This document shows positions 29,363 through 38,880 of a stretch of 64,000 nt of DNA, piece by piece (position 1 is the stretch's first letter; each line of letters begins with the position of its first letter). A model generated the notes under the pieces. That model saw only the letters and a list, made by a program, of their open reading frames with translations, had not been told where the DNA came from and made no database searches. The position numbers and the translations under genes are program-made. This stretch comes from Deltaproteobacteria bacterium (GTDB lineage Bacteria > Myxococcota_A > UBA9160 > SMWR01): positions 10,362-74,361 of the forward strand of contig JAQBGU010000232.1 in the NCBI GenBank assembly GCA_032128375.1, written 5' to 3'.

Positions 29363-29977
29363 ATGCTCGAACCGACGGATCTGGAGGCGGTCGCCAAAGC
29401 CGCGAAAGGCGACCACGAGGCCTTTCGGGTGCTGGTCGAGCGGTACCAAAACCGGGCCTACGGCCTGGCATTGAGGGTCATGAAAGATGAGGAGGCTGCC
29501 CGAGATGTCGTTCAGGAGGCATTCCTCAAGGCCTACCGCTCGCTCGATCGGTTCGAAGGGCGCTCGAGCTTCTACACCTGGCTCTATCGCGTGGTGATGA
29601 ATCTGTGCCTGGACGCGAAGCGCCGGACACCTGCCGGTCGTCACGTTGAATGGGACGAGCAGCGCGCGATGCAGACGCCTGCTGCGACGGGAATAGACGC
29701 GATCGACCCTGACCTCCAGCGCGCTGCGGGCCCGTCCGGCGAGCTCGAGCGGGCCCAGTTGAGGGACACTCTGCGGCACGCGATCGATCAGTTACCCGAT
29801 GATGCTCGCCAGACTCTGGTGCTGCGGGAAGTCGACGGACTGAGCTACGCCGAAATCGCCGAAGCATTGGAGATTCCGAAGGGAACCGTGATGAGTCGGC
29901 TGCACCACGCGCGCAAGCGCATGCGTACGCTGCTCGAGGCGTCGGGTACGGCAGACCCGACTGAGGAGCCAAGATGA
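29363..29977 (+). CDS. ECF sigma factor
   Basis: DVVQEAF, SFYTWLYR, GLSYAEIA...GTVMSRLHHAR. Likely start 29363. Confidence 0.93.
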   Translation: MLEPTDLEAVAKAAKGDHEAFRVLVERYQNRAYGLALRVMKDEEAARDVVQEAFLKAYRSLDRFEGRSSFYTWLYRVVMNLCLDAKRRTPAGRHVEWDEQRAMQTPAATGIDAIDPDLQRAAGPSGELERAQLRDTLRHAIDQLPDDARQTLVLREVDGLSYAEIAEALEIPKGTVMSRLHHARKRMRTLLEASGTADPTEEPR

Positions 29978-30492
29978 GCACTACGGATCGCGACCCCTCC
30001 ACCGGAGACTTCTCTGCTGGAGACTTCTCTGCTGGAGAAGAGCGCAACTTGCACGCTTACCACGATGACGAGTTGGGCGCGGTTGCACGTTGGCGGTGGC
30101 GGCGTCGAATTGCTCGATCTCGCAGCTTGCACGACGAACTCGAGCAGCTCGCTGAAGTCGGCAACTGGGTTCGTCGGGCCGATACGCAGCAGACCCCCGA
30201 CCTTTGGGACCAGATCGCACTGCGGCTACCGGCGATCGATGCAGTGCGCGCCGACACGCCAGATGCGGAATCGGGTCTTCTTCGCTGGGCAGGGCTTCGC
30301 CCCGTCATGGCTGCCGCAGCGACTGCCGCAGTGGCGGTCGCGGTTGCACTGGGCACAATCGGGGACGGCCCCGGCCAGCGTGCAGGGGCAGTTCGTTGGC
30401 TCGACACCGGAGGCCGGAGTGTGATCGTTCTGGACGATCCCGACGCAGCCACGATCGTCTGGCTGCTCGAGCCCCCAGGGGAGGGTATCTAG
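29974..30492 (+). CDS. Putative transmembrane anti-sigma factor
   Basis: Overlaps the sigma stop; LHAYHDDEL anti-sigma-like N-terminus lacking HxxxCxxC; one TM helix; 15-bp duplication at 30004-30033. Confidence 0.8.
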   Translation: MSTTDRDPSTGDFSAGDFSAGEERNLHAYHDDELGAVARWRWRRRIARSRSLHDELEQLAEVGNWVRRADTQQTPDLWDQIALRLPAIDAVRADTPDAESGLLRWAGLRPVMAAAATAAVAVAVALGTIGDGPGQRAGAVRWLDTGGRSVIVLDDPDAATIVWLLEPPGEGI

Positions 30493-30676
30493 TGGGCTGT
30501 CGCGGAAGTACGGCCGCCAGTGCGCACCGATCCTTGACTGGCGGCTGCGTTGCTCTCGATGATGCTATGACTCACGCACCTGCCCCGCGGAAAGCTCTAG
30601 CGGGCACTCTCGGTACTCGCCGAACGTGTAGGAGCACTGTGAAAAGGCGGGTGCACGGCATCGTTTGGAGGACTGC

Positions 30677-31129
30677 GTGACGCGCGTTGTGTGGGGATTG
30701 GTTTGCTCGGTTGGTCTGGTGTTTGCGGCTGGCACGCCGGGACTCGCACGCGGAGAGTCTGGGAAGAGCTTCGACCTCGAAGTGACTGTCGCGTCGATCT
30801 CAGATGAGAAAGGTGAGATCGATCCCAAGGGCAAGAGGCTCGACCAGGAACTCCGAAAGAAATTTCGGTACAACAGCCTCCAGGTACTCAAGACCCAACA
30901 CTTCAACCTGAAGATCGACGAGATCGGAAGCATGAAGTTGCCAGACGGAAAGGTGTTCACCGTGCGTCCGATGCATTTGGGCGACCGAGGCCTGCTGATG
31001 GCCGTGGAGTGGTCGGACACCTTGATGATGGACATGAATGCGATGAGCGGCCACTTGCTCGTTGTCGGGGGATCGAAGTATCAGGGCCGCGAGCTGGTGA
31101 TCGGCGTCGAACCGCACTACGAGCGCTGA
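30677..31129 (+). CDS. Secreted hypothetical protein
   Basis: GTG after GGAGG; signal peptide; beta-rich mature part. Confidence 0.75.
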   Translation: MTRVVWGLVCSVGLVFAAGTPGLARGESGKSFDLEVTVASISDEKGEIDPKGKRLDQELRKKFRYNSLQVLKTQHFNLKIDEIGSMKLPDGKVFTVRPMHLGDRGLLMAVEWSDTLMMDMNAMSGHLLVVGGSKYQGRELVIGVEPHYER

Positions 31130-31318
31130 GCTTTCTCCATCACAAGTCGCCCGCTGCGTGGCTCTTTGTGGCTCGGGTCAGCTAGCTCGGATCCGCTCGC
31201 GCCGATGCGTTTCTCCCCGAGGGGATTCGAAAACTTCGAGAAATGCGGCAAGCCGTGACACCCTTCCATCAGAACGGCCACTTACTTGATACAAAGCCAA
31301 TATCCCCTTCCCAGGGAA

Positions 31319-31357
31319 GCCCGGGACTGCAACTCGCGGTCTCGGGCCTTTTTTTTT
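31319..31357 (+). terminator. Strong intrinsic terminator
   Basis: GCCCGGGACTGC-AACTC-GCGGTCTCGGGC 12-bp stem (2 G-U pairs), then C and T9. Confidence 0.85.
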
Positions 31358-31400
31358 GCCCGCACCTTGAGCACGGCTCGGCCGGTTCTGTAAGGCTCCG

Positions 31401-32921
31401 ATGATGGCTGGCCGGCTCTGGGGGCTAGGAAATCGCGAGGGTGCGCTCGCTCTCGTGCTCGCGACGGCAGCGGCACTGCGGGTTGCGGTGTTCGCCGCTG
31501 GGTTTCCGTTCTTTTCGAATGTCGACGAACATCGCCATATCGACGCCGTGCTGAAGTACTCCCGGGGGTATCTACCCGAGCCGGGTCTCGACGCGTACGA
31601 GCCACAGATGGCCACACTGCTCGGAATGTATGGATCGCCGGAGTACCACATGCGCGATGCCGACGGGCAAAGCCCAGGCCCTCCGCCATGGCTCGGCTCG
31701 GCGGCCAACACGCTGCGTATGATGGAATACAACGAGCGCTTTCTGGCGGGTCGCCCCAATCTCGAGGCGTCTTCTCCACCGGTCTACTACGGGTTGGCTG
31801 GGGGTTGGATGGCTTTCGCGCGCGCGACGGGCCTGACGGGAGGGCAGTTGCTGTACTCGGTGCGCGGTCTGAACGCCGCCTTGTACTTCGTGTTGGTTCT
31901 GGTGAGTTTCGCATTCTGTCGCGCGGTGTACCCGGACGATCCGTTCGTACGCTTGGGAGTCCCGGCGTTGCTCGCGGTATTTCCGCAAGACGCGCTCTAC
32001 TACATTACGCCTGATGCACTGTCTCCGGTCCTTGGGGCTGCAGGGTTGTTTGCGGTCGTCGGCCTGGTCGCAAGAGCGGAGGATCGACGGGCCGGCTTGG
32101 GATCTTGGGCCGCTGCGGGGTTGATCTGCTCGTTGGCTTTCTTGACCAAGTACACCAACGCAGTGCTGCTGGCGTTATTTGGGTTGGGAACGATCGCTGC
32201 GCTGCTTCGGGGCACCCAATACTCAGCGCGCGTGAAGCTGGCTTGGATGTGGTGTTGGGTCGTCTTCCCGATCGCGTTCTGGCTCGGCCGCAACGAAATC
32301 CTGTTCGGTGATGGGTTGGCGACAGGCGTGAAGCTCGCGCGGCTAGGCTGGGGCACCAACCCTGTTTCGGAGTATTTCCAGCATCCGATCCTGACCCCGC
32401 CGGGCCTTTGGATCTTCCTGACTGAGTTGATCCCGACGTTCTGGCGCGGCGAGATGGTCTGGCATCGCAGCGTGCTGCATGGGGTTGGTGCTGACGCCTT
32501 CTACATCGCATCGTCGATCGGGTATCTGCTGTTGGCTTGCTGGGGTTTCGTTTCGCGAGCACGAGCGGGGAGGGCGGGAACGGCCGCGACCCTCGCCGAC
32601 GGCTTCAGCCTCGCCATGCTCGGGCTGTCGATCGCCGTGCTCGCAGTGTTGTCGATGCGGTTCGTCTTTGGGCAGAACACCAACCCCACCGCCGACAACC
32701 CTTACCTCAGCCAGGGGAGACTCGTGTCGTGTGCGCTGTTGGCGTTTGTGGTGCTCTACGTGCGTGGAATCGGGGTCGCGGCATCCATGCTGCCTGTTCG
32801 CTTGCGCGTTGCTGCGGCGTGGACGTTGCTGTCCTGCACGCTGGCGGTAATCGTCGTGTCCGAGTTACAGCTCAGCGGTTCGGTGTTCGCCAGTGAGTAC
32901 AACTGGTTTCACCTTCCATGA
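31401..32921 (+). CDS. GT-C fold membrane glycosyltransferase (ArnT/PMT/DUF2142-like)
   Basis: VDEHRH acidic loop after TM1, PPVYY, LTKY, many TMs. Confidence 0.75.
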   Translation: MMAGRLWGLGNREGALALVLATAAALRVAVFAAGFPFFSNVDEHRHIDAVLKYSRGYLPEPGLDAYEPQMATLLGMYGSPEYHMRDADGQSPGPPPWLGSAANTLRMMEYNERFLAGRPNLEASSPPVYYGLAGGWMAFARATGLTGGQLLYSVRGLNAALYFVLVLVSFAFCRAVYPDDPFVRLGVPALLAVFPQDALYYITPDALSPVLGAAGLFAVVGLVARAEDRRAGLGSWAAAGLICSLAFLTKYTNAVLLALFGLGTIAALLRGTQYSARVKLAWMWCWVVFPIAFWLGRNEILFGDGLATGVKLARLGWGTNPVSEYFQHPILTPPGLWIFLTELIPTFWRGEMVWHRSVLHGVGADAFYIASSIGYLLLACWGFVSRARAGRAGTAATLADGFSLAMLGLSIAVLAVLSMRFVFGQNTNPTADNPYLSQGRLVSCALLAFVVLYVRGIGVAASMLPVRLRVAAAWTLLSCTLAVIVVSELQLSGSVFASEYNWFHLP

Positions 32922-32931
32922 GCGGAAGGCC

Positions 32932-33020
32932 AGAGACCGCAAGTGAGATACTGCAAGTGAGAGACAAGTGAGAGACCGCAAGTGGGAGACCGCAAGTGGG
33001 AGACCGCAAGTGAGAGACGC
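32932..33020. repeat. Imperfect 14-bp tandem repeat (GAGACCGCAAGTGR), about 6 copies
   Basis: Read directly, between two convergent genes. Confidence 0.9.
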
Positions 33021-33054
33021 GAAGGTCAGAACAAGGCGCAAGAGCCGGCCCGTA

Positions 33055-33978
33055 CTACGGATTGCGCGACTGCGTTCGGTTGCCCGACCGGCGTCGGTTG
33101 ACCGCAAGCAACGCGACCGCTGCCACTCCAGTGAGCGCCCCGATCAATCTTTCTGGCTCCGGGATGAACTGAATCGTCAGAGTCGTGAACAACGCGATTT
33201 TCTCTTGATTGCCGCCCGGACCCGTCGTCGTCACCTGAGTCGGCGTAATCATCTGCAGTAGACCCCGGCCCGGAGCTACCGATACCCGTGTTTGCGACGT
33301 CGCCCCGTGAACGAATCCGCTGGCCATTGCCGCCGGATTCGCGGTCGGTACCCCCGTGAACAACGCGGCGGCCGAGGTCTGCCAGCCGGCCCCATCCAGT
33401 GTGACGATCGTGGCCCCGGTTCCCGCTCCCATACGTGTGATCACGCCGCCCAGCCCCACACCCTCGCCCAGCCTACTGGGCGTCGCCGACGTCGTTGTGA
33501 ACAAGGGGATCGTCGGCGAGTCGTTGCACCCCGCGATGAAGCAGAACTTCAACATGCCCGGTAGCGGCAGAGCGTTCCAAACCAGCGGTCCCGGCTGCGA
33601 GAACCCGCGCAGCGTGCCGTTACCCAGCGTTGCCATGACCGACCTGGCGGATGCGACGGAAACAACGTCTGAGGGATCGGTCACGGAAATCGTCGCATTT
33701 TGGATGGTGATGCCGCCCGCAAGCTGCAGTGTGTTGAGGATTCCGTCCGCGCTGGCTCCCACGCGGGAGACGCCGGCCCCGGTTTGGGTGAGTTTGCCCA
33801 AGCGGCCCAGGTCCAGCGTCATCGTGCCTTGCCACGCCAGGGTACTGGCCAAAGCGTTCGAAGCCCCGCCGACGAGCAGCGATGCGACCGACAGGGCTAG
33901 CAAGACCGATCTGCGCAATGAACTACTCCTCTCCTCTTTTCCGATTTTCTTTCCGATTTTCTTTCCGATTTTCCGCAT
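33055..33978 (-). CDS. PEP-CTERM sorted protein
   Basis: Signal peptide, Thr/Gly-rich body, C-terminal IPEP, hydrophobic helix, NRRR. N-terminal KIGK x3 comes from a 12-bp repeat (33938-33973). Confidence 0.88.
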   Translation of the reverse strand: MRKIGKKIGKKIGKEERSSSLRRSVLLALSVASLLVGGASNALASTLAWQGTMTLDLGRLGKLTQTGAGVSRVGASADGILNTLQLAGGITIQNATISVTDPSDVVSVASARSVMATLGNGTLRGFSQPGPLVWNALPLPGMLKFCFIAGCNDSPTIPLFTTTSATPSRLGEGVGLGGVITRMGAGTGATIVTLDGAGWQTSAAALFTGVPTANPAAMASGFVHGATSQTRVSVAPGRGLLQMITPTQVTTTGPGGNQEKIALFTTLTIQFIPEPERLIGALTGVAAVALLAVNRRRSGNRTQSRNP

Positions 33979-34137
33979 CTGCGGATTCGAGGTTAGCCGG
34001 ATTCGGCATTTCCCGTTTGCCCGACGACGAACCCCTCTGCGGGTCGTGCTTGTACGGCCCGCGGAAGACTACCGAGAGATGTCTCAGAGGCAAGTCGCTG
34101 GGGAGGCTCCGAGAATGAAGTTTCAGAGGTCCACCAC

Positions 34138-34728
34138 GTGAACACACCGGCACACGCGATCATCAATCTGGCCTTGCTGGGGCGCGGCGCCGAGCCGAGG
34201 CGGCGCTTCAGCACGTGGATCCTGGCGGGTGCGGTGCTTCCAGATGTTCCGATGTTCGGGTTCTACCTGTGGCAGCGCCTCATCGCGGGCGAGACCGAAT
34301 CGCGCATCTGGGGTGAACTCTATTTCGTATCGGACTGGCAGATATTCTTTGATCTGTTCAATTCGATTCCACTCGCCGGACTTGCATGTTGGGTCTCGTG
34401 GCGGCTGGGGTATCACGGGGCGGCGTGGCTGTTCGCCAGCGTCGTGCTGCACTGTGCGATCGACTTGCCGCTGCACCACGACGACGCCCACCGACACCTC
34501 CTACCCGTTTCCGGCTGGCGGTTCGAGAGTCCCGTATCGTATTGGGACCCGGCCCACCGCGGTTCGATTGGCGCGTTGCTCGAAGCGATAGCCGTCGTGA
34601 TCGGTTCGGTGGTGCTGTTTCGTCGCACCGCGCGGCGCGGCTGGCGTGTCTTTCTGGCTGGCGTGGCGCTAGTCTATTCCGCCGGCTACGTCGCGCTCTA
34701 CGTGCTGCGTGCGGTTCCCCTTGAATGA
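34138..34728 (+). CDS. Membrane metal-dependent hydrolase-like protein
   Basis: TPAH, GAVLPD, LH..ID.PLHHDDAHRH, SYWD; several TMs. Confidence 0.7.
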   Translation: MNTPAHAIINLALLGRGAEPRRRFSTWILAGAVLPDVPMFGFYLWQRLIAGETESRIWGELYFVSDWQIFFDLFNSIPLAGLACWVSWRLGYHGAAWLFASVVLHCAIDLPLHHDDAHRHLLPVSGWRFESPVSYWDPAHRGSIGALLEAIAVVIGSVVLFRRTARRGWRVFLAGVALVYSAGYVALYVLRAVPLE

Positions 34729-34915
34729 AGTTTGTTTTACGCCGGTCGGCTGAAGCTCTTGGCAGAAGTGATCAATCGAAGCCAAGCATTCGAAGCTACG
34801 GGCTGAACCCAGAGCGCCGATGCCAGAGGGCTCGCGCCGGAACACAAGACCAGCCGCAAAGCCAGCCGCCATGGGACGTCTGAGCGGTGGAATAGCTGGG
34901 GGTTAGGGTCTCGAA

Positions 34916-36949
34916 ATGCTGGTTCGAATCGAAGACGTGGGGCGGAGCTTCGGTGGTCGCTCGCTGTTTGCGGACGTCGGGTTGACGATTCACCGCAATG
35001 ATCGGATTGGTCTGGTCGGCCCGAATGGGTCGGGCAAGACGACGCTATTGAACATCGTCGGCGGGGCCGAGCTGCCAGACAGCGGCCGCGTCACGATGCC
35101 GAAAGGCGTGAACGTGGGCCTGTTACGCCAGGAGATCGACCCGAACCGCGGAAATTCGGTTTCGCAAGAAGTGCTTTCCGTGTTCGAGGAACTCGACACG
35201 ATCGAGCGCGAACTCCGCGAGCTCGAACGGCGCATGGAGGACCTCGCCGAGCACCACAGCGAAGTGCCGACCGATCTCGCGACCCGCTATGACATTTGCC
35301 GCACGCGATTCGAACTCGGGGGTGGCTTCGACCGTGAAGCGCGTGTCGAGCGCGTACTCGCGGGCTTGGGGTTCGACAGCGAGCGGACCGCTCGCCCGCT
35401 CAGCTCGTTCAGCGGTGGCTGGCTGATGCGCGTCGAACTCGCGAAGTTGTTGTTGTCGTCACCGGATGTGTTGTTGCTCGACGAGCCGACCAATCATCTC
35501 GACCTGCCGTCGATCCAGTGGTTCGAAGAGACCCTGGCCGACTACCCGGGCGCCGTCGTGATCATTTCCCACGATCGGACCTTTTTGCGCCGCCATGTCA
35601 ATCGCGTTGCGGAACTCGAAGTCGGTGGTCTCACGGTCTTCGATGGGAATTTCGAGCGCTATCTCAGTCAGAAGGCGTTGCGCAGCGAGGAGCTACTCGC
35701 ACGCAAACGGACACAGGACCGCAAGATCGCCGAGACCGAGCGGTTCATCCAGCGCTTTCGCGCGAAGGCAACCAAGGCGAAGCAGGTCCAGAGTCGTGTG
35801 AAGCAACTCGACAAGATCGAACGCGTCGAGGTTGTAAGCGGCGATCCGAAACGCATGCGGCTGAAAATACCGAAAGTGGTTCGCGCGGGAGAATCGATTC
35901 TCAAGCTGGAAGGCATCGAGAAATCGTACGACGAAACGGTCGTATACACCGGGGTGGATCTGGCGATTCGTCGCGGCGACAAGATCGCTCTGGTTGGACC
36001 GAATGGAGCCGGCAAGTCGACGCTGCTACGCATCGCTGCTGGGGTGTTGGCCTTCGATGCGGGCGAACGGACGCTGGGCCACAACGTGACCGTCGCGTTC
36101 TTTGCGCAGCACCAGATCGAGGCGCTCAATCCCCACAACAACGTGCTCGAAGAACTGGAGACTGCTGCCCAACTGGACGACATCCCGCGTTTGCGGGGCC
36201 ACCTGGGTGCGTTCCTTTTTTCCGGCGACGACGTCAAGAAGAAGATCAGCGTGTTATCGGGCGGTGAGAAGTCGCGCGTCGCGCTCGCCAAACTCCTGCT
36301 GCGGCCGGCGAATTTCCTCGTGCTCGACGAGCCCACCAACCATCTCGATCTGGTGTCGCGCGAAGTGCTCGAAGAAGGGCTCGCGAGTTACACCGGTTCA
36401 ATGCTGCTGATTTCGCACGATCGGACGTTTCTCAATGCGCTGGTGAACCGCACCGTAGAGGTCGATCACGGTAGGCTGGTCGGCTACCCGGGCAACTACG
36501 ACGACTACCTGCACCGCAAGTCCCCAGCATCGCGACCGGGCGCCGCGTCGACAGCGCCAACTGCTGCTTCCCCACTCACCAAGCTCGCCGACGCCAATGC
36601 GCCCGCGCAGCCCGCGGAGACGTCGACACCCACACTTCCCGAAGTACCGGTTGCACCGCAGATGACCAAGCGGGAGAGAATTGCCGCGCGGGCCGAGACC
36701 AAAGAGCGCGATCGCCGCTACCAGCGAGCGGTCAAGCGTCTGGCGGAAGCCGAGGCAGGTATCCGGGAGCGCGAAGAGCGGCTCGAGCAGCTGTCGTGGC
36801 GGCTGGGTGACCCAGAAATCCACCGGAACATCGAACTCCAGCGCCAGATCGAAGCCGACCGAGACGCATTGAAGGACGCAGTCGCCCAGCTCTACGTCGA
36901 GTGGGAGCGGATCGCGGCCGAGATCGAATCCGCGGAACAGGTCGAGTAA
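34916..36949 (+). CDS. ABC-F family ATPase (ribosome-associated)
   Basis: Two NBDs (GPNGSGKT, FSGGW, LLDEPTNHLD; GPNGAGKS, LSGGE), inter-domain linker, C-terminal coiled coil, no TMs. Confidence 0.95.
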   Translation: MLVRIEDVGRSFGGRSLFADVGLTIHRNDRIGLVGPNGSGKTTLLNIVGGAELPDSGRVTMPKGVNVGLLRQEIDPNRGNSVSQEVLSVFEELDTIERELRELERRMEDLAEHHSEVPTDLATRYDICRTRFELGGGFDREARVERVLAGLGFDSERTARPLSSFSGGWLMRVELAKLLLSSPDVLLLDEPTNHLDLPSIQWFEETLADYPGAVVIISHDRTFLRRHVNRVAELEVGGLTVFDGNFERYLSQKALRSEELLARKRTQDRKIAETERFIQRFRAKATKAKQVQSRVKQLDKIERVEVVSGDPKRMRLKIPKVVRAGESILKLEGIEKSYDETVVYTGVDLAIRRGDKIALVGPNGAGKSTLLRIAAGVLAFDAGERTLGHNVTVAFFAQHQIEALNPHNNVLEELETAAQLDDIPRLRGHLGAFLFSGDDVKKKISVLSGGEKSRVALAKLLLRPANFLVLDEPTNHLDLVSREVLEEGLASYTGSMLLISHDRTFLNALVNRTVEVDHGRLVGYPGNYDDYLHRKSPASRPGAASTAPTAASPLTKLADANAPAQPAETSTPTLPEVPVAPQMTKRERIAARAETKERDRRYQRAVKRLAEAEAGIREREERLEQLSWRLGDPEIHRNIELQRQIEADRDALKDAVAQLYVEWERIAAEIESAEQVE

Positions 36950-37304
36950 CGGCGGGCGCGCTTGTCGATGCAACGGCCCTGATGCCGGCGTTTCACGCAC
37001 GCCGTTCAATATTCATGACTGAGCAAGCAACGGCTGGCTGGTGGGAGTGGTGCGAACGCACAAATGGCCGTCACGGCTCCAGCCGACGGTCGGACTTCCT
37101 ATTCCGAACGAACGGCCGAACGAACGGCTGACAGCTCAGTCGCCCGCGCGCTTCCGCGCAGTCAGCCGAAACACCCGCCCACTCTGCGTCTCCTGTGGTG
37201 ATCTTCACGACTAGCGGACCCTCGAGACCCTCGAGCGGTTCGTGGCCAGCACCGATCGCAAGGCCGCGAAAAGCCAGACTTTTCATCACGTCACAGCCAA
37301 GCTA

Positions 37305-37340
37305 AAATGTGAACAATCCATCGACTAATTGCTCACATTT
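37305..37340. promoter_or_regulatory. Inverted repeat, likely operator of the adjacent TetR
   Basis: AAATGTGAACAAT-N10-ATTGCTCACATTT (12/13 match), 32 bp upstream of the TetR start. Confidence 0.65.
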
Positions 37341-37372
37341 CGTGTCCGAATCGCTCCAGCATCGGAGACAGC

Positions 37373-38065
37373 GTGGCCCGCAGCCGAAAGACATCCCCGT
37401 TATTCGACGCCCGACGCACTCCGACCCAGAACCGCTCGCAGGTCACGCTCGAGATCATCCTCGAGGCGGCTGCGCAGGTCTTCTCTGAGCACGGGTACGC
37501 GGCCGGCACCACCAACCGCATCGCTCAGCGGGCGGGAGTTTCCGTCGGATCGTTCTACCAGTACTTCCCCAACAAGGACGCCGTACTGGTGGCACTCGTC
37601 GAGAGCCGGGTTGCCGCGGGCATGCGAAGTGTCGAGACGTTGCTGTCCGATGCGGTCGGCACCGAATTCGATCTCGAATCGTTGCTGCGTTCTTTCGTCA
37701 CCGCGATGGTCACGCTTCACGGGCAAGAGCCCGACTTGCACCGCGTCTTGTTCGAAGAAGCCCCGCATCCGCCCGAAATGCACGAATGTGTGCTGCAAAC
37801 TGAGGAAGCGCTCGCGCACACCTGGTTGTCCATTTTGCGGCAGTTGCCCGCCATCGTAGTCAGCGACGCGGATACCGCCGCTCACCTGGTCGTGCAACTC
37901 ACCGAGGCGCTGACCCATCGCTTTGTGCTGCACGGGCTGCACGATTTATCGACGGAAACATTCATCGAAGAGGTTGTGACGCTACTGAAGCGCTACTTGA
38001 TGGATCCCACACTCTCAACCGATCTGCCTCGAGGAGGCCCCCAATGCCCGAATTCTGCAACGTAG
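37373..38065 (+). CDS. TetR-family regulator
   Basis: P.Q.RS..T...ILEAA and TTNRIAQRAGVSVGSFYQYFPNK. Confidence 0.92.
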   Translation: MARSRKTSPLFDARRTPTQNRSQVTLEIILEAAAQVFSEHGYAAGTTNRIAQRAGVSVGSFYQYFPNKDAVLVALVESRVAAGMRSVETLLSDAVGTEFDLESLLRSFVTAMVTLHGQEPDLHRVLFEEAPHPPEMHECVLQTEEALAHTWLSILRQLPAIVVSDADTAAHLVVQLTEALTHRFVLHGLHDLSTETFIEEVVTLLKRYLMDPTLSTDLPRGGPQCPNSAT

Positions 38066-38820
38066 AAAAAGACGGCAAGATCACGACCGTCACGATCAAT
38101 CGACCCGACGTGATGAATGCACTCCACCCGTCCGCGAACCGCGAACTTGGCGAGGTGTTCGATGACTTCTGCGCGGACCCCTCGCAGTGGATCGCGATCA
38201 TCACCGGCGCTGGCGAGCGCGCGTTCTCAGCGGGTAACGACCTCAAACACACGGCCTCGGGCAAAGGTACCCTGGAAATGATGCCGATGGGTTTCGGCGG
38301 GTTGACGTCGCGCTACGACAACGACAAGCCGATCATCGCCGCCGTCAATGGCGTCGCGATGGGCGGCGGTTTCGAGATCGCGCTTGCCTGCGATTTGATC
38401 ATCGCATCCGACAACGCGGTGTTCGCGCTTCCCGAACCGCGCGTTGGCCTGGCCGCGTTAGCCGGTGGAATGCACCGGTTGCCTCGGCAGATCCCGCACA
38501 AGCAGGCGATGGGGATGCTGCTCACCGGACGCCGCGTCAGTGCGGCCGAGGGGCGGGAACTCGGTTTCGTCAACGAGGTGGTGCCGCAGGCGGAACTGAT
38601 GGCAGCTGCGCGCCGCTGGGCAGACCAGATCCTCGAGTGCTCGCCGCTGAGTGTGCGCGCGACGAAGCAATCGGCGATCGATGGCATGAAAGTGTCGTCT
38701 GTCGAGGAGGCGATGGGGTTGCGCTACGACAGCGTCCACAAGCTGCTGAAGAGCGAAGATTTCATCGAGGGGCCACGCGCGTTCGCCGGCAAGCGCAAGC
38801 CGGAGTGGAAGGGTCGCTAA
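38044..38820 (+). CDS. Enoyl-CoA hydratase/isomerase (crotonase family)
   Basis: NRPDVMNAL, FSAGNDL, AMGGGFEIALACD, LPEPRVG. Confidence 0.95.
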   Translation: MPEFCNVEKDGKITTVTINRPDVMNALHPSANRELGEVFDDFCADPSQWIAIITGAGERAFSAGNDLKHTASGKGTLEMMPMGFGGLTSRYDNDKPIIAAVNGVAMGGGFEIALACDLIIASDNAVFALPEPRVGLAALAGGMHRLPRQIPHKQAMGMLLTGRRVSAAEGRELGFVNEVVPQAELMAAARRWADQILECSPLSVRATKQSAIDGMKVSSVEEAMGLRYDSVHKLLKSEDFIEGPRAFAGKRKPEWKGR

Positions 38821-38880
38821 TGGCCCGGCCGGCACGGGTGGGCTGATTCTGTACTTGGGGATGAGTGGGGAGTCGATCGA

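Noticed and set aside
33979..34137. sigma54 promoter for the third PEP-CTERM gene
   Set aside because: No consensus-like TGGCAC-N5-TTGC element found on the minus strand by eye.
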